Positions 1 through 11,175 of a stretch of 64,000 nucleotides of DNA are shown in pieces (the first letter of the stretch is position 1; every line of letters begins with the position of its first letter). The DNA lies in the NCBI GenBank assembly GCA_050246315.1, contig JBFWWG010000002.1:32001-96000 (forward strand), written 5' to 3'. The position numbers were made by a program, and so were the translations under genes. Origin of the DNA: Nitrospiraceae bacterium (GTDB lineage Bacteria; Nitrospirota; Nitrospiria; Nitrospirales; Nitrospiraceae). The notes beneath the pieces are model-generated. The model was not told the origin of the DNA. It saw only the letters and a list, made by a program, of their open reading frames with translations, and ran no database searches.

Positions 1-176
1 AGATATGCGTTGGCACCGGCGAGGACGACCGACAACACGAGCGACAGAATCAGTGCCTTGCCCGTGATTTCAGGAAGGCAGGTGGTGGCTGGAACGATCG
101 GCCCCTCGGAGGGCGCTGAGGCCGAAACGGCATCGACGGGAGCGTTGAGGTCAGCCGGCATCCTGCCGTCGTTCAT
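1..176 (-). CDS. OPT-family oligopeptide transporter, N-terminal part (runs off window edge)
   Basis: Not in the ORF track. Manual translation of the minus strand from ATG at 176 gives MNDGRMP...LPEITGKALILSLVLSVVLAGANAYL, matching the OPT N-terminal motif (ELTxxAxILG...xANxYLGL). Confidence 0.75.
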   Translation of the reverse strand, partial: MNDGRMPADLNAPVDAVSASAPSEGPIVPATTCLPEITGKALILSLVLSVVLAGANAY

Positions 177-910
177 ACCATGGCTTTTCTGACAGGTCCA
201 CCGCCTCCTTGCTAGACCGGGCAGGTTTCTCGAACCGATGAGTCTGTCATCATGAACCTGGTGCATCCGAGAGCTGCGTCGAGCAAAAGGACAGGCGGAT
301 GAGCAGCCGGCAGACCGTTGGTAGGTTGGTGATTGATCGCTTGCGTGCATGGGGCATCGAGTAGATCTTCGGCAGCCCGAACGATGAGGTCCTGACCTTC
401 TATGAATTGCTGCGCAGTCTTCTCTGCTGTTGATAGAGACGATGGGATTTGCAGTCCCACTGCCGTGAGGGTCTGATTGGCCGACCGACATCTTGCCCGC
501 TCGTACTGGTGAGGGACGGAGCGTTTCGGATGATCTGCGCGGAGTTGGCCACGGGCTTCCGTTGCGGGCCGGCGCCCATCGTACTTATTCTCAACCACCA
601 TCGGTATTCGACCGAGCGGGACAGTTTGAAAGAGAGGTTCAACGATATCCCTGTGCGGCGTGACAAGAAGGAGATGAAATGAATGGTGATGGATTGGGGC
701 TGGGCATCCCAATCTATGGCGAGTTTGTGAACTCGTTGGACCGAGCCCTGCGCGACCGATGTACGCTCTATGTACCGAACATTTTGGCGGGGCCAGCCGA
801 TCAATCGGTCGGGATGAAACGGCTGGCAGGATGATTAGCAAGTGTCTGGCGGCTCAGCGGGAATCCCGAACGGCGATCAGGAAGCGAGTTGGGTCGCCGA
901 TCCGATGTCG

Positions 911-1636
911 TCAGGCTCTCGTCCGGCGTCGTGCTCGAACCCCCGTAAGCCAATTTTGGAGCCGGGCGACTCTCTTGGTCTTGGCGATGACTGAGGTCAT
1001 GGTTGGCGCGAACTCGGAGTCGGACGAAGTATCGAGTTCATCGGGATGCGTGACGATGGGTGCGGCTGCCGTCGAAATGTTCGTTTCATTTTCCTGGTCA
1101 CGAGATTTAATCGACTGGGCCGTTGATGGGGCCTGATGAATCGAGCCGCTACCTTCGGCGATGATTCCTGCCAGAGCGGTCACGGAAGGATCGGGTGGAG
1201 GGACTTTCTTGATCCTGGGAAGGCTCCGTTCGATGACATTGATCTCCTCATCCAGCGGGTTTGTCATGAGGACGACGGTGCAAGATTTGCGTGCCGATTC
1301 GGTGTTGCCCTCTGCCGCGTAAAGTTTGGCTAACAAGCGATGGGCCTTCAGGTTTTCAGGACTGAGCACAACTGCGTCCTCTAGCACGGCCTTGGCCTTG
1401 GCATCTTCGCCAACCTGTTGGTAAATCGATCCTAAGACCACCATGGCGATTACATAGCCGGGATAAACGAGGAGGCCCTCCTGTAAGACGACGACGGCCT
1501 TTTGCGATTGGCCGGCCTTCACGTATTCTTCAGCCAACTGGACGAACACTTTGGAATGTGGATTATTCGTCCATTCTGCTGCGAGTCGCTCAAGTCGTGC
1601 GGAGCTGGAAGGGGCTGGCTCGGAGGTGCTGGGCAT
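911..1636 (-). CDS. Tetratricopeptide repeat protein
   Basis: TPR-like helices (FVQLAEEYVKAGQSQKA, LGSIYQQVGEDAKA, PENLKAHRLLAKLY); directly downstream of coaBC. Confidence 0.8.
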   Translation of the reverse strand: MPSTSEPAPSSSARLERLAAEWTNNPHSKVFVQLAEEYVKAGQSQKAVVVLQEGLLVYPGYVIAMVVLGSIYQQVGEDAKAKAVLEDAVVLSPENLKAHRLLAKLYAAEGNTESARKSCTVVLMTNPLDEEINVIERSLPRIKKVPPPDPSVTALAGIIAEGSGSIHQAPSTAQSIKSRDQENETNISTAAAPIVTHPDELDTSSDSEFAPTMTSVIAKTKRVARLQNWLTGVRARRRTRA

Positions 1637-1645
1637 GAAGGTGAC

Positions 1646-2956
1646 CTACTGGTCTGCAGACGTGTCCCCTCTTTCGTCAGCTTTGAGCTTGAGGAGTTGG
1701 TCGAGCAAGGCATCCGCCGCCGCACGCTTGGACATGAGCGGCAATTCCGACACCCGTCCTCTCTTCTCGATGAGAACGATCTGATTGGTGTCTGAGCCGA
1801 ATGCCGAACCCTCGCCGAGCACGTTGTTGGCGACGACGAGATCCAAACCTTTCCTTTTCAGTTTGGCCTTGGCATGGGGCACGAGGTCCTGCGTTTCTGC
1901 GGCAAATCCAACCAGGAACTGCTTGGTTCGCCTGCGCGACAGGTCTGCCAGGATATCCACTGTCGGTTCGAGCTCCAGGGACGTGAGCGTCTTTGCGTCC
2001 TTCTTGATTTTCTGTCCAGCCGGATGGACCGGTCGAAAATCAGCCACCGCCGCCGCCATGATCACGATTGTCGACCAAGCCAGATGGCCGGTCAAGGCTT
2101 TGTGCATTTCCTCTGCAGTCTTGACGGCCACGATCTGCACGGCGGGTGAAATGGACAGAGAGGTTGGACCTGTCACGAGGGTGACCTCCGCACCGCGTGC
2201 GATCGCCGCTTCAGCGACGGCATAGCCCATTTTCCCAGACGAGTGGTTGGAGAGATACCGAACCGGGTCGATGGGCTCCTGCGTTGGTCCTGCCGAAACC
2301 AACACCCGTTCACCGCTGTAATCCCGATGCGGAGCGAGGGTTGCAACCACCGCGTCCAGAATGACCTGCTCCTCGGAGAGCCTTCCCCTCCCCGTTCGTC
2401 CGCTCGCCAGTGGACCGATCTCTGGATCGAGCACCGTCACTCCCCGTGTCCGCAGTGCGGCCACATGAGATTGGACGGCAGGATGCTCCCACATGCCTCC
2501 GTCCATGGCGGGGGCCAGAATGATCGGACACTGGGCGGCCAGCAGGAGTGATCCCAGGAGGTCATCCGCCAATCCAAGCGCAACCCTTGCCATCGTGTGG
2601 GCCGTGCAGGGAGCGATCACGATCGCCTGGGCCTCCTCAGCCCAGGTGAGGTGACGCATTTCATGGCCGACGGTAAAGAGATCTGTCGCGACGGGACCTT
2701 GCGACAAGACCTCAAACGAGAGCGGCGTGACGAACTTGGTAGCGGACGGGGTGAGGACCACCCGGACCGTCGCCCCCTCCGCCTTCAGTGCACGGAGAAG
2801 CAAGAGGGCCTTGTAGGCCGCAATGCTCCCGCACACGCCCAGGACAAGGCGGCGCCCGATCAGGCGAGGCCGTGAAGCAGAGGCCGCTGTCTCTGGAGCG
2901 TCACCCTGCTCCTTCTGCGTCGGCCGGTGCCGATTCCTTTGGGGAGTCATCGACAT
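1646..2956 (-). CDS. coaBC: Bifunctional phosphopantothenoylcysteine decarboxylase/synthetase
   Basis: GSIAAYKA, APAMDGGMW, SAGPTQEPIDPVRYLSNHSSGKMG, GFAAET motifs; start uncertain (overlaps rpoZ by 56 nt). Confidence 0.96.
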   Translation of the reverse strand: MSMTPQRNRHRPTQKEQGDAPETAASASRPRLIGRRLVLGVCGSIAAYKALLLLRALKAEGATVRVVLTPSATKFVTPLSFEVLSQGPVATDLFTVGHEMRHLTWAEEAQAIVIAPCTAHTMARVALGLADDLLGSLLLAAQCPIILAPAMDGGMWEHPAVQSHVAALRTRGVTVLDPEIGPLASGRTGRGRLSEEQVILDAVVATLAPHRDYSGERVLVSAGPTQEPIDPVRYLSNHSSGKMGYAVAEAAIARGAEVTLVTGPTSLSISPAVQIVAVKTAEEMHKALTGHLAWSTIVIMAAAVADFRPVHPAGQKIKKDAKTLTSLELEPTVDILADLSRRRTKQFLVGFAAETQDLVPHAKAKLKRKGLDLVVANNVLGEGSAFGSDTNQIVLIEKRGRVSELPLMSKRAAADALLDQLLKLKADERGDTSADQ

Positions 2957-3269
2957 AATTGCTCAGCTCTTTCTTGATCTCGCGCGCGTCTTCGGCGGTC
3001 ATCATGGCCATCCGCTCGTTTTCGAGGTCCCTGCCTTTGCGTGATTCCTTGATGGCATCCCGGGCCTCTTTCCCGCGAAGGTACTGGATCTGTCCTTGTA
3101 AAACCTCATCAAGAGCCTGCGTCGTTTCCTTCGCGAAACGCGCATGACCGAGCGATTTCGCGCCCTGCACGAGATGCTTGGCCCGCTGGGCAGCCACCAA
3201 TACCAACCGATGCCTGGAATCGAAGCGCTCCTGAAAATTCTCCGGTAACAACTGCAGCATGTCGCTCAT
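2901..3269 (-). CDS. rpoZ: RNA polymerase omega subunit
   Basis: SRHRLVLVAAQRAKHL...ALDEV; conserved gmk-rpoZ-coaBC order. Confidence 0.9.
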   Translation of the reverse strand: MSDMLQLLPENFQERFDSRHRLVLVAAQRAKHLVQGAKSLGHARFAKETTQALDEVLQGQIQYLRGKEARDAIKESRKGRDLENERMAMMTAEDAREIKKELSNYVDDSPKESAPADAEGAG

Positions 3270-3907
3270 GGACTACTCCCCTCCTTTTCTTCCTTCTCGA
3301 GAATGAAATTGGCCTCAAGCCATCCGATGTCGAGGCGTTTGGTCTTGATCCGTTCGGCGATGAAAATGCTTTCCATCTCCTTCAACGATTGCTGCAGATC
3401 GTCATTGCGGACGATGTAGTAATACTCACGGTAGCTCCAGACTTCTTCCCGCGCTTTCTTCAACCGGCGCGTAATTTCCTCCTCCGAATCTCCCGCCCGC
3501 ATCTGCAAACGGGTCTTGAGCACCCGAAGGGATGGGGGCAGGATATAGATGTAAATTCCATCCTCAAATTTCTTCTTAATCTGAGTGGCCCCCTGGCTGT
3601 CGATTTCCAGCAGGACATCCACTCCCTGGTCGAGCTTGTCGGTGATGGCTCTGCGGGGCGTGCCGTACCAGTGCCCGTAGACTCTGGCCCATTCAACGAA
3701 TTCCTGTCGCTCGATCATGTTCTGAAACGTCCGGTCGTCGAGAAAGAAGTACTCGCGCCCGTGTTCCTCGCCGGGGCGCGGCTGTCTTGTCGTACAGGAT
3801 ACGGAATGCCAGAGATTGGGGACGAGTTGCACGATCTGTTTGCACAGCGTGGTTTTCCCCGTTCCTGATGGCGCCGACACAATATACAACAAACCTCGAC
3901 GTTCCAT
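3266..3907 (-). CDS. gmk: Guanylate kinase
   Basis: SAPSGTGKTT, SCTTRQPRPGEEHGREYFF, YGT, LLEID motifs. Confidence 0.97.
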   Translation of the reverse strand: MERRGLLYIVSAPSGTGKTTLCKQIVQLVPNLWHSVSCTTRQPRPGEEHGREYFFLDDRTFQNMIERQEFVEWARVYGHWYGTPRRAITDKLDQGVDVLLEIDSQGATQIKKKFEDGIYIYILPPSLRVLKTRLQMRAGDSEEEITRRLKKAREEVWSYREYYYIVRNDDLQQSLKEMESIFIAERIKTKRLDIGWLEANFILEKEEKEGSSP

Positions 3908-3968
3908 CCTAAGCCGACACCGAGCCTTTCAACAATCCGTAGGGGTTGGGAGATGAAGACGGCGGTGA

Positions 3969-4850
3969 CTACTCGATATTTTGCACTTGTTCGCGGATCT
4001 TTTCCAGCACCGTCTTCATTTGCACGACGGTGGAGGCAATTCCTGCGTGGTTGGCTTTGGACCCGATGGTATTCACTTCTCGCCCCATCTCTTGCAGGAG
4101 GAAATCCAAGGTCTTGCCGACGGTACCCGACTTGGCAAGGGTTGTGCGAAACTGTTGAAGGTGCGAGGCTAAGCGAACCAGTTCCTCTGTGACGTCGCTC
4201 CGGTCGGCGAGCAGGGCGACCTCCTGGTGGAGGCGCGCTTCATCGACCACGGGTCCCTTGAGCAGGCACTCGACTCGCGCGCGGAGCTTGGTGAACGTCT
4301 CATCCGCCAGTCGCGGCGTTTGTTCGGCTACTCCTGTTCGCGCCTCTTCCACCGCGTCGAGATGGCCGAGAATAGCCTGGCTCAAGGCCTGCCCCTCGCG
4401 TTCACGCATCAGAACCAACTCTTTCAACGCGGCCTCGACCAATCGGCCTGCCACCTTGATCAAACTCTTATCCGGGCCGACGAATTCCTCGGAGATGGTT
4501 ATCAGTTCCCGCACACTGGCCAGAGTATTGATATCGAGTGTGCCGCTCAGGCGAAGCTTTTTCTTGAGGTCGCGCAGCGTGTGGCAGTATTGAGTCGCGA
4601 GATCGTGGTCGAGCGTGACCTGCTTGCGGCTTTGACGGGCACCACTGATCGTGAGGGTGACATCGACGCGACCTCGCTGACAACACCGTTGGACCGCCTC
4701 CTTACAGGCTTCCTCGAACGAGGACAGGCCCCTGGGAATTCGACAGGCGATGTCCAGGAAACGGTGGTTCACCGATCGAATCTCGACGATCAGCATCCCG
4801 TCCCGCCAGGCGGCTTCTTGCCGGCCAAATCCAGTCATACTCCGTATCAT
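3969..4850 (-). CDS. yicC: YicC/YloC family endoribonuclease
   Basis: Start reassigned to MIRSMTGFGR (ATG 4850, ATGA overlap with nth stop); EIRSVNHRFLD and GKTLDFLLQEMGREVNTIGSKA...KIREQVQNIE. Confidence 0.95.
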   Translation of the reverse strand: MIRSMTGFGRQEAAWRDGMLIVEIRSVNHRFLDIACRIPRGLSSFEEACKEAVQRCCQRGRVDVTLTISGARQSRKQVTLDHDLATQYCHTLRDLKKKLRLSGTLDINTLASVRELITISEEFVGPDKSLIKVAGRLVEAALKELVLMREREGQALSQAILGHLDAVEEARTGVAEQTPRLADETFTKLRARVECLLKGPVVDEARLHQEVALLADRSDVTEELVRLASHLQQFRTTLAKSGTVGKTLDFLLQEMGREVNTIGSKANHAGIASTVVQMKTVLEKIREQVQNIE

Positions 4851-5491
4851 CGAGGCGATTTTCCTTTCCAGGGACAGAGGTCGTATACCACACAAGTGCC
4901 GCAGGTCGGACGCCGCGCCAGACAGACATATCGTCCGTGCAAGAGCAGCCGTTGGGATCCTTCTGTCCATTGAGAGCGCGGAATACTGCGCATGAGGTCC
5001 TGCTCGATCTGATCTGGGTCCGCGGACTTGGACAGGCCCAGTCGCTGGGCAACCCGTTTGACATGCGTATCGACCACCAAGGCCGGCAGTCCATAGGCAT
5101 GCCCCAGAATGACATTTGCCGTCTTCCTTCCGACCCCTGGAAGGGTCACAAGGTCATCCATCGAGGACGGAACCCGACCGTGAAACCGTTTGACCAGAGT
5201 GGTTGCGCAGGCCACAAGGTTCTTCGCTTTGCTTCTAAAGAAGCCTGTTGAGCGAATCATGGACTCCAACTCGGGAATGTCGGCGCCTGCCAGATCTCTG
5301 GCCTTCGGATAGCGACGAAACAGGTCTGGCGTAACCAGATTCACGCGGCGATCCGTGCACTGCGCGGAGAGAATGGTCGCCACCAGCAATTGATAAGGAT
5401 CGGCGTAGTCGAGTTCCACCTGCGGCTGCGGAGTCGCCTCCCGCAAGGTCCGAAGGATGTCCGTCACCGCTGGACTGTGCCGGCGCCTCAC
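4847..5491 (-). CDS. nth: Endonuclease III
   Basis: LLVATILSAQCTD, LPGVGRKTANV (HhH), VDTHVKR, C-x6-C-x2-C-x5-C Fe-S motif. Confidence 0.97.
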   Translation of the reverse strand: MRRRHSPAVTDILRTLREATPQPQVELDYADPYQLLVATILSAQCTDRRVNLVTPDLFRRYPKARDLAGADIPELESMIRSTGFFRSKAKNLVACATTLVKRFHGRVPSSMDDLVTLPGVGRKTANVILGHAYGLPALVVDTHVKRVAQRLGLSKSADPDQIEQDLMRSIPRSQWTEGSQRLLLHGRYVCLARRPTCGTCVVYDLCPWKGKSPR

Positions 5492-7227
5492 ACGCCAGCC
5501 CCGCTCGTCGATACGACGGTCTCTCCGCGCTTCCCTTCAAGGTGCGTCGAGTCCGTATCTTCACGTGAGACTGACAACGCGTCGTCGGATATCATGGGAT
5601 TGACGAAGGCATGGACGCGGCACAGCATGCTGTCCAGATGGGCGATCAACGGCGAGAGCGACTCCGGCTGCATCGCCGAAATCGCGAGGGCTCCGAATCG
5701 GCGGCAAAGCCCTTCTCGTTCGGTTGCAGATACCTGATCGCACTTGTTGAAGACGAGCAAGCGCGGAATATCGGTCATGTCCAGATCCCTCAGTATGTCC
5801 TCAACAATGCGAATCTGTCGATCGGGATCGGAAGCATTGGCGGCGACGAGGTGGAGCAACAGATCGGCGTCGCGCAACTCGCGGAGCGTGGTCCGGAAGA
5901 TACCCATCAAATCCTTCGGCAGGTCGCGAATGAACCCCACGGTGTCCGTAACAATCACTTCGCGATCGCGTGGAAACCTCAGCCTTCGGCTCGAGGTATC
6001 GAGCGTTTCGAAGAGACGATTCTGCGCGGACACCTGACTCTGCGTGAGTATGTTGAGCAGGGTGGATTTCCCCGCGTTGGTGTAGCCCACGATCGAAACA
6101 ACCGGAATCGCGTGGCGCTTGCGACGGGCGCGCCGTTGGTCCTGATGACGCGCGAATGTGGCCAACTGCCGTTCCAGATGGGCGATACGATCCCGCACGC
6201 GACGGCGATCCGTCTCCAGTTTGGTCTCGCCCGGTCCACGCCCGCCGATGCCTCCTCCCAACCGAGAGAGGCTCGTACCCTGGCCCGACAGACGGGGAAG
6301 CAGGTAGCGGAGCTGCGCCAATTCGACTTGCACTTTGCCTTCGCGCGTATGCGCCCTCTGCGCGAAAATATCCAGAATGAGTTGTGTGCGATCGATGACC
6401 CTGAGATCCGTGACCTCCGCAATCGCTCGGGCCTGAGCTGGCGACAGATCCTGATCGAAAATCAACAAATTGGCTCCCTGTTGCAGCGCGGTGATCACGA
6501 CTTCCTTTAACTTGCCACTTCCCATCAGATACTTGGGATGGATGACCGGCGTGCGTTGAACGACGCGGTCCAGTACGGTGATACCGGCGGATCTGGCCAG
6601 TTCGGCGAGCTCGACCAGGCGCTCTTCCTGTTCGATCCGGCTGCGCGTGCTGGCGCTGACCAGGATGGCAGGATCCAGGCCTGCAGCGACTTCGTGGCCG
6701 GTAGACCACTTCGCGATTCGGTTCTCCAAGTCGGAGATGAATCGTGCGCAATCCAGGTGCAAATCGTGAAAAGAGACCGGCGGATTCACTTCATACACCA
6801 GGCCGGCGGCGTTGGGCGGCAGAAGGTGCGCCAGGCGGATCTGGCCGGGAGTTCCGTCCTCCGCGACGCTCAATTTTGCCAACAGGTCGAGTCGCAGTAG
6901 GGCTAGATTGGTCAGGTCCTCACGGGGCACGTCTTCGTCACGAAGGTGAGTGTGGACCAGCCTGGTGCCGCGCAGGGAGCGATCACCCAGGCGGAGTTTG
7001 GACACCGAGGCGATGGGATGAGCCCAATCGGCTCCGACCACCACACGCTCTACGGCTCCCCGCCTGGTCAACAAGGCACCGATCGGACGGCCGATGAGAC
7101 GGGAAAGTTCCGTACAGCTTCGAGCGAGTTCGGCGGAAATCAGCTTGTCGGCCGGCACGCGGCGGCGCGTGAGATGTTGCAACTGCAACAAATGGCTCGG
7201 CTTCAGTCCTCCGATGTACCCGATCAC
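5488..7227 (-). CDS. hflX: GTPase HflX with N-terminal extension
   Basis: DRTQLILDIFAQRA, GPGETKLETDRR, GYTNAGKST, LFETLD, DTVGFI, NKCD. Confidence 0.95.
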   Translation of the reverse strand: MIGYIGGLKPSHLLQLQHLTRRRVPADKLISAELARSCTELSRLIGRPIGALLTRRGAVERVVVGADWAHPIASVSKLRLGDRSLRGTRLVHTHLRDEDVPREDLTNLALLRLDLLAKLSVAEDGTPGQIRLAHLLPPNAAGLVYEVNPPVSFHDLHLDCARFISDLENRIAKWSTGHEVAAGLDPAILVSASTRSRIEQEERLVELAELARSAGITVLDRVVQRTPVIHPKYLMGSGKLKEVVITALQQGANLLIFDQDLSPAQARAIAEVTDLRVIDRTQLILDIFAQRAHTREGKVQVELAQLRYLLPRLSGQGTSLSRLGGGIGGRGPGETKLETDRRRVRDRIAHLERQLATFARHQDQRRARRKRHAIPVVSIVGYTNAGKSTLLNILTQSQVSAQNRLFETLDTSSRRLRFPRDREVIVTDTVGFIRDLPKDLMGIFRTTLRELRDADLLLHLVAANASDPDRQIRIVEDILRDLDMTDIPRLLVFNKCDQVSATEREGLCRRFGALAISAMQPESLSPLIAHLDSMLCRVHAFVNPMISDDALSVSREDTDSTHLEGKRGETVVSTSGAGV

Positions 7228-7251
7228 GTTTTGAATGGCAGGTGTTCCTTT

Positions 7252-8340
7252 CTATGCGTGAGTGGACGGGAGGCGCCGCGAGCGGTCGGGTTCGGTCTGG
7301 CCGAGCGGATGATCCAAGCCGGGGAAAGACGCATTGGCCACCGACTCCATGTCCCAGCATGCGATCCGCCCCCGGCGGTAGGCATCCAGACCGGCTCTGG
7401 CGATCATGACGGCATTGTCGGTACAAAGCGAGAGCGGCGGGATCACGATCTCGATACCGTCGATTGCACCGGCCTCCATCAGACGTGCGCGGAGCCGTGA
7501 ATTGGCCGAGACACCCCCGACGACGGCCAGCACGCGCTCCCCGCTCTGTGCGACTGCCCTGAGCGCTTTGGTGACCAGAACGTCCACGATCGCTTCCTGA
7601 TAGCTCGCGGCAATATCGGCACTTCGGTTGGGTTGCTCCCAATCGGGATGGTCCCGCAGGTAATACAGCAAAGCGGTCTTGAGCCCGCTGAAACTGAAAT
7701 CAAGACTGGTCCGTTTGCCAAGGGAACGCGGAAACTGAATGGCCGTGGGGTTGCCGGATTGAGCCAGCTTGTCGACCGCCGGTCCTCCAGGGAATCCCAG
7801 GCCTAACAGCTTAGCGCCTTTATCGAAGGCCTCTCCCGCCGCATCATCCAAGGTGCGTCCAAGGAGACGATACCCGGAATCGCCAGTCGTTCGGTAGAGG
7901 TGTGTGTGTCCACCGGATACGACCAAGACCAGCGCCGAAGGTTCGACAGCGGGACGGTCGATCCAAGCCGAGGCGACATGCCCTTCGAGATGATTGACCG
8001 TGACCCATGGAATTCTCAAGGCGTAGGCAAGGGCTTTTCCGTAGCTCAACCCGACCAGGAGCGCGCCTGCGAGGCCAGGACCGCTGGTACAAGCAATCAG
8101 GCGAAGGTCGGTCCAGCCCGCGGTCGCCTCGTCCAGCGCGCGGCGGACGATCGGCTCAATCGTTTCGATATGTCGCCGCGCCGCCAATTCCGGGACGACA
8201 CCACCGTAGGGTCCATGAGTCGCATGTTGCGATGAGACAATGCCGGATCGCACCCGCCCCTCCAAATCGAGAACGGCCGCAGCAGTCTCGTCACAGGAGG
8301 TTTCGATGCCAAGTACGAGACCGTCTAAATTGGCATTCAT
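7252..8340 (-). CDS. tsaD: tRNA N6-adenosine threonylcarbamoyltransferase
   Basis: GIETSCDETAAAV, GGVVPELAARRH, NHLEGH, VSGGHT, DDAAGEAFDK, FSFSGLKTA, TDNAVMIA. Confidence 0.97.
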   Translation of the reverse strand: MNANLDGLVLGIETSCDETAAAVLDLEGRVRSGIVSSQHATHGPYGGVVPELAARRHIETIEPIVRRALDEATAGWTDLRLIACTSGPGLAGALLVGLSYGKALAYALRIPWVTVNHLEGHVASAWIDRPAVEPSALVLVVSGGHTHLYRTTGDSGYRLLGRTLDDAAGEAFDKGAKLLGLGFPGGPAVDKLAQSGNPTAIQFPRSLGKRTSLDFSFSGLKTALLYYLRDHPDWEQPNRSADIAASYQEAIVDVLVTKALRAVAQSGERVLAVVGGVSANSRLRARLMEAGAIDGIEIVIPPLSLCTDNAVMIARAGLDAYRRGRIACWDMESVANASFPGLDHPLGQTEPDRSRRLPSTHA

Positions 8341-8395
8341 GGCAAGCGCGAAAAAGCAAACCCCGGATGGAACGCGATCAAGCGATTGAAAAGCA

Positions 8396-8426
8396 CGAAG
8401 GCCCCCGGAATCTTCGGGGGCCTTCG
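8396..8426 (-). terminator. Probable rho-independent terminator after clpC
   Basis: Hairpin cgaaggcccccg-gaatctt-cgggggccttcg followed on the minus strand by TGCTTTT. Confidence 0.7.
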
Positions 8427-8468
8427 CTCAAATTGCGATCAAGGCTCATATGTGACTGGTCGTCGTGG

Positions 8469-10898
8469 TCACACCTCCGCCAAGGCGCCGATTTCTTCGA
8501 ACACCGGCGCACCGTCTCGGAGGACCACCCGTACCCGGCGCGCTTCTTTGAAGCGTCCCTTGATTAGCTCCTCGGACAAGGGATCTCCGAGGCTCCTCTG
8601 AATCGTCCGTCGCATCGGCCTGGCTCCATAGAGCGGTTGGTAACCCTCCTCGATGAGCCGCTGCTTGACCTCGTCGCTGACCTCGATTTGGACACCCTTT
8701 TCGAGCAGGCGGTTGTTAAGCTCCGCCAGCAGAATATCCAGGATCGCGAAGAGATGGACCTTTTCGAGCGGATGGAACACGACGACCTCATCGATTCGGT
8801 TCAAGAATTCCGGGCTGAAGGAGCGGCGCAGCTCACCCAACACCTCGTCTTTGATCTTTCGGTCGTGCACGCCGATTTCGGTGCTCTGGAACCCCAGCGA
8901 GACGTTCCGTTGGATCAGTTTGGTTCCCAGGTTAGAGGTCATGATCACAACTGTATTCTTGAAGTCCACCTTGCGACCCAGGCTGTCGGTCAGCACCCCG
9001 TCGTCGAGCACCTGCAAGAGGACGTTGAAGACATCGGGGTGGGCCTTTTCGATTTCATCAAAGAGAACCACGGAATAGGGTCGCCGCCTGACTTTCTCAG
9101 TGAGCTGGCCGCCTTCCTCGTACCCGACGTAGCCGGGAGGCGCGCCGAAGAGGCGGGAACTGGTGAATTTCTCCTGGTACTCCGACATGTCCACGCGAAT
9201 CAACGCATCTTCGGTATTGAACAAGAACTCGGCGAGGGCCCGTGCCAGTTCCGTCTTACCAACCCCTGTTGGGCCGAGGAAGATGAACGAGCCGATGGGC
9301 TTTTTCGTTTCCTTGAGCCCGGCGCGTGATCGCCTGATGGACCGGCAGACAGCCGAGATGGCCTCGTCCTGGCCGATGATACGGCGGTGGAGAAACTCTT
9401 CCATGCGCAGAAGCTTGTTGGATTCTTCCTCCTCAAGTTTGAAGAGCGGAATACCGGTCATCTTTGATACGACATAAGCCACGTCCTCTTTGCTGATGAC
9501 GGGCTTTTGCTTCTCTTGACTCTTCTTCCACTCGCGCTTGGACTCCTCCAGCAGCTTGCGCAGCCGTTCCTCCTCCTCGCGGTGGCGGACCGCTTCTTCG
9601 AAGTTCTGCATGGAGATCGCCACTTCCTTCTCACGCGAGACGCGCTTGAGTTCCTGCTCCAGCGCTTTCAACTCACCGGGAAGGGCGTAGGTTTGCAACT
9701 TGGCGCGAGACCCGGTCTCGTCGATCAGGTCGATGGCTTTGTCAGGTAGGAACCGGTCCGTAATATAACGGTCGGAAAGCTTCACCGCCTCCACGATGGC
9801 TTCGTCCGTGATCTCCACCCCGTGGTGTTCCTCATAGCGATCACGCAACCCTTGGATGATCCGCACTGTCTCGTCCAGACTCGGAGGCTGCACATGGATG
9901 GGTTGGAACCGCCGCTTCAGCGCTCCGTCCTTCTCGATGTGCTTGCGATACTCATCGAGCGTGGTGGCCCCAATGCATTGAATCTCCCCGCGCGACAAGG
10001 CCGGCTTGAGCATGTTCGAAGCGTCAATCGAACCTTCTGCCGCACCGGCACCGACCAGCGTGTGCAACTCATCGATGAAGATGATAATGTTGCCTGCCTG
10101 AGTGATTTCCTTCATGACCACCTTCAGGCGTTCTTCGAATTGGCCGCGGTACTTGGTGCCCGCCACCAGGGAACCCAAGTCGAGCGCGATCACTCGCCGA
10201 TTCAGAAGGTTGTCCGGCACTTCCGAGGCCACGATCCGTTGTGCCAGCCCCTCGACGATGGCCGTCTTCCCGACCCCTGACTCTCCGATCAGCACAGGAT
10301 TGTTCTTGGTCCGGCGGCTGAGAATCTGTAGGACCCTCTCGATTTCGTCTGAACGTCCGATGACGGGGTCCAACTGACTTTCTTGAGCGAGCTGGGTGAG
10401 ATCCCGACCGAATTCATCCAACGCAGGCGTATTGCTCTTGCGGTCACGCTCGCGCGGCGCGGATTTTCTGAGGAACGTGACGGTCAGTTGCCTGGCGGTC
10501 AGCAGGTTGGCGCCGAGACTTCTGAGAATCTTGCCGCCGATTCCCTCCTCCTCCCGCAACAATCCCAGGAGCAGATGCTCGCTACCGATATGGTTGTGCC
10601 CCAGCAGCCTGGCTTCCTCGACCGCATATTCAATGACTTTCTTGACTCGCGGGCTGAAGGGAATTTCTCCGAACGTCATCGTGGTGCCGCCACCGGGGAG
10701 ATTTCGCTCGATCTCAAGCCGAATCTGCTCCGGGGATAACCCCATCTTCTTGAGGATCATGAGCGCAATCCCGTCGGATTCGCGCAGGATGGCAAGGACA
10801 AGGTGCTCGGTGCCGAGGTAGTCGTTCTGGTGCCGTTCCGCCTCTTCTCTGGCCAGGATGATGATCTTCCGACCCTTGTCAGTGAATCGTTCGAACAT
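8469..10898 (-). CDS. clpC: ATP-dependent Clp protease ATP-binding subunit ClpC
   Basis: MFERFT start, two Clp-N repeats, Walker A GESGVGKT and [11 protein letters not shown]-like middle domain, LGF loop. Confidence 0.96.
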   Translation of the reverse strand: MFERFTDKGRKIIILAREEAERHQNDYLGTEHLVLAILRESDGIALMILKKMGLSPEQIRLEIERNLPGGGTTMTFGEIPFSPRVKKVIEYAVEEARLLGHNHIGSEHLLLGLLREEEGIGGKILRSLGANLLTARQLTVTFLRKSAPRERDRKSNTPALDEFGRDLTQLAQESQLDPVIGRSDEIERVLQILSRRTKNNPVLIGESGVGKTAIVEGLAQRIVASEVPDNLLNRRVIALDLGSLVAGTKYRGQFEERLKVVMKEITQAGNIIIFIDELHTLVGAGAAEGSIDASNMLKPALSRGEIQCIGATTLDEYRKHIEKDGALKRRFQPIHVQPPSLDETVRIIQGLRDRYEEHHGVEITDEAIVEAVKLSDRYITDRFLPDKAIDLIDETGSRAKLQTYALPGELKALEQELKRVSREKEVAISMQNFEEAVRHREEEERLRKLLEESKREWKKSQEKQKPVISKEDVAYVVSKMTGIPLFKLEEEESNKLLRMEEFLHRRIIGQDEAISAVCRSIRRSRAGLKETKKPIGSFIFLGPTGVGKTELARALAEFLFNTEDALIRVDMSEYQEKFTSSRLFGAPPGYVGYEEGGQLTEKVRRRPYSVVLFDEIEKAHPDVFNVLLQVLDDGVLTDSLGRKVDFKNTVVIMTSNLGTKLIQRNVSLGFQSTEIGVHDRKIKDEVLGELRRSFSPEFLNRIDEVVVFHPLEKVHLFAILDILLAELNNRLLEKGVQIEVSDEVKQRLIEEGYQPLYGARPMRRTIQRSLGDPLSEELIKGRFKEARRVRVVLRDGAPVFEEIGALAEV

Positions 10899-11175
10899 CC
10901 GTCCTCCTTGTGGGTTAAGCGTTCAGGGGAAAAGCACGGAACCCAAGGAAAAATCTCAAGTTATTCTAATCGGCAGGTTGAAGCATGTCAAGGTGTGTGC
11001 AAATCTCCGTGCTCCGGAATGCGCACATCAGGATCTCGCGCATCGTTCCGCGTTCTCTCACGCTGCGTGCGCTGAAAAATGCGGTGAGGCGGGCGCTATT
11101 CGTTGACTTCGCGAAATCGGGTCACTAGTATCTGGCGCTTCTCTACACGGTTTACATGGCTCGGTAAGGCGGTCG

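Noticed and set aside
212..841. ORFs 212-841 and 400-804 as a gene or a ThiF/MoeB remnant (QDVGRP, DLIV...IN)
   Set aside because: Only two short motif-like fragments in different frames and no GxGxxG; too weak without BLASTX.
5611..6751. Long alternative-frame and antisense ORFs over hflX (similar ones over nadK, malic enzyme and gspK)
   Set aside because: Shadow ORFs expected in high-GC coding DNA; Arg/Pro-rich or motif-less and fully overlapping well-supported genes.
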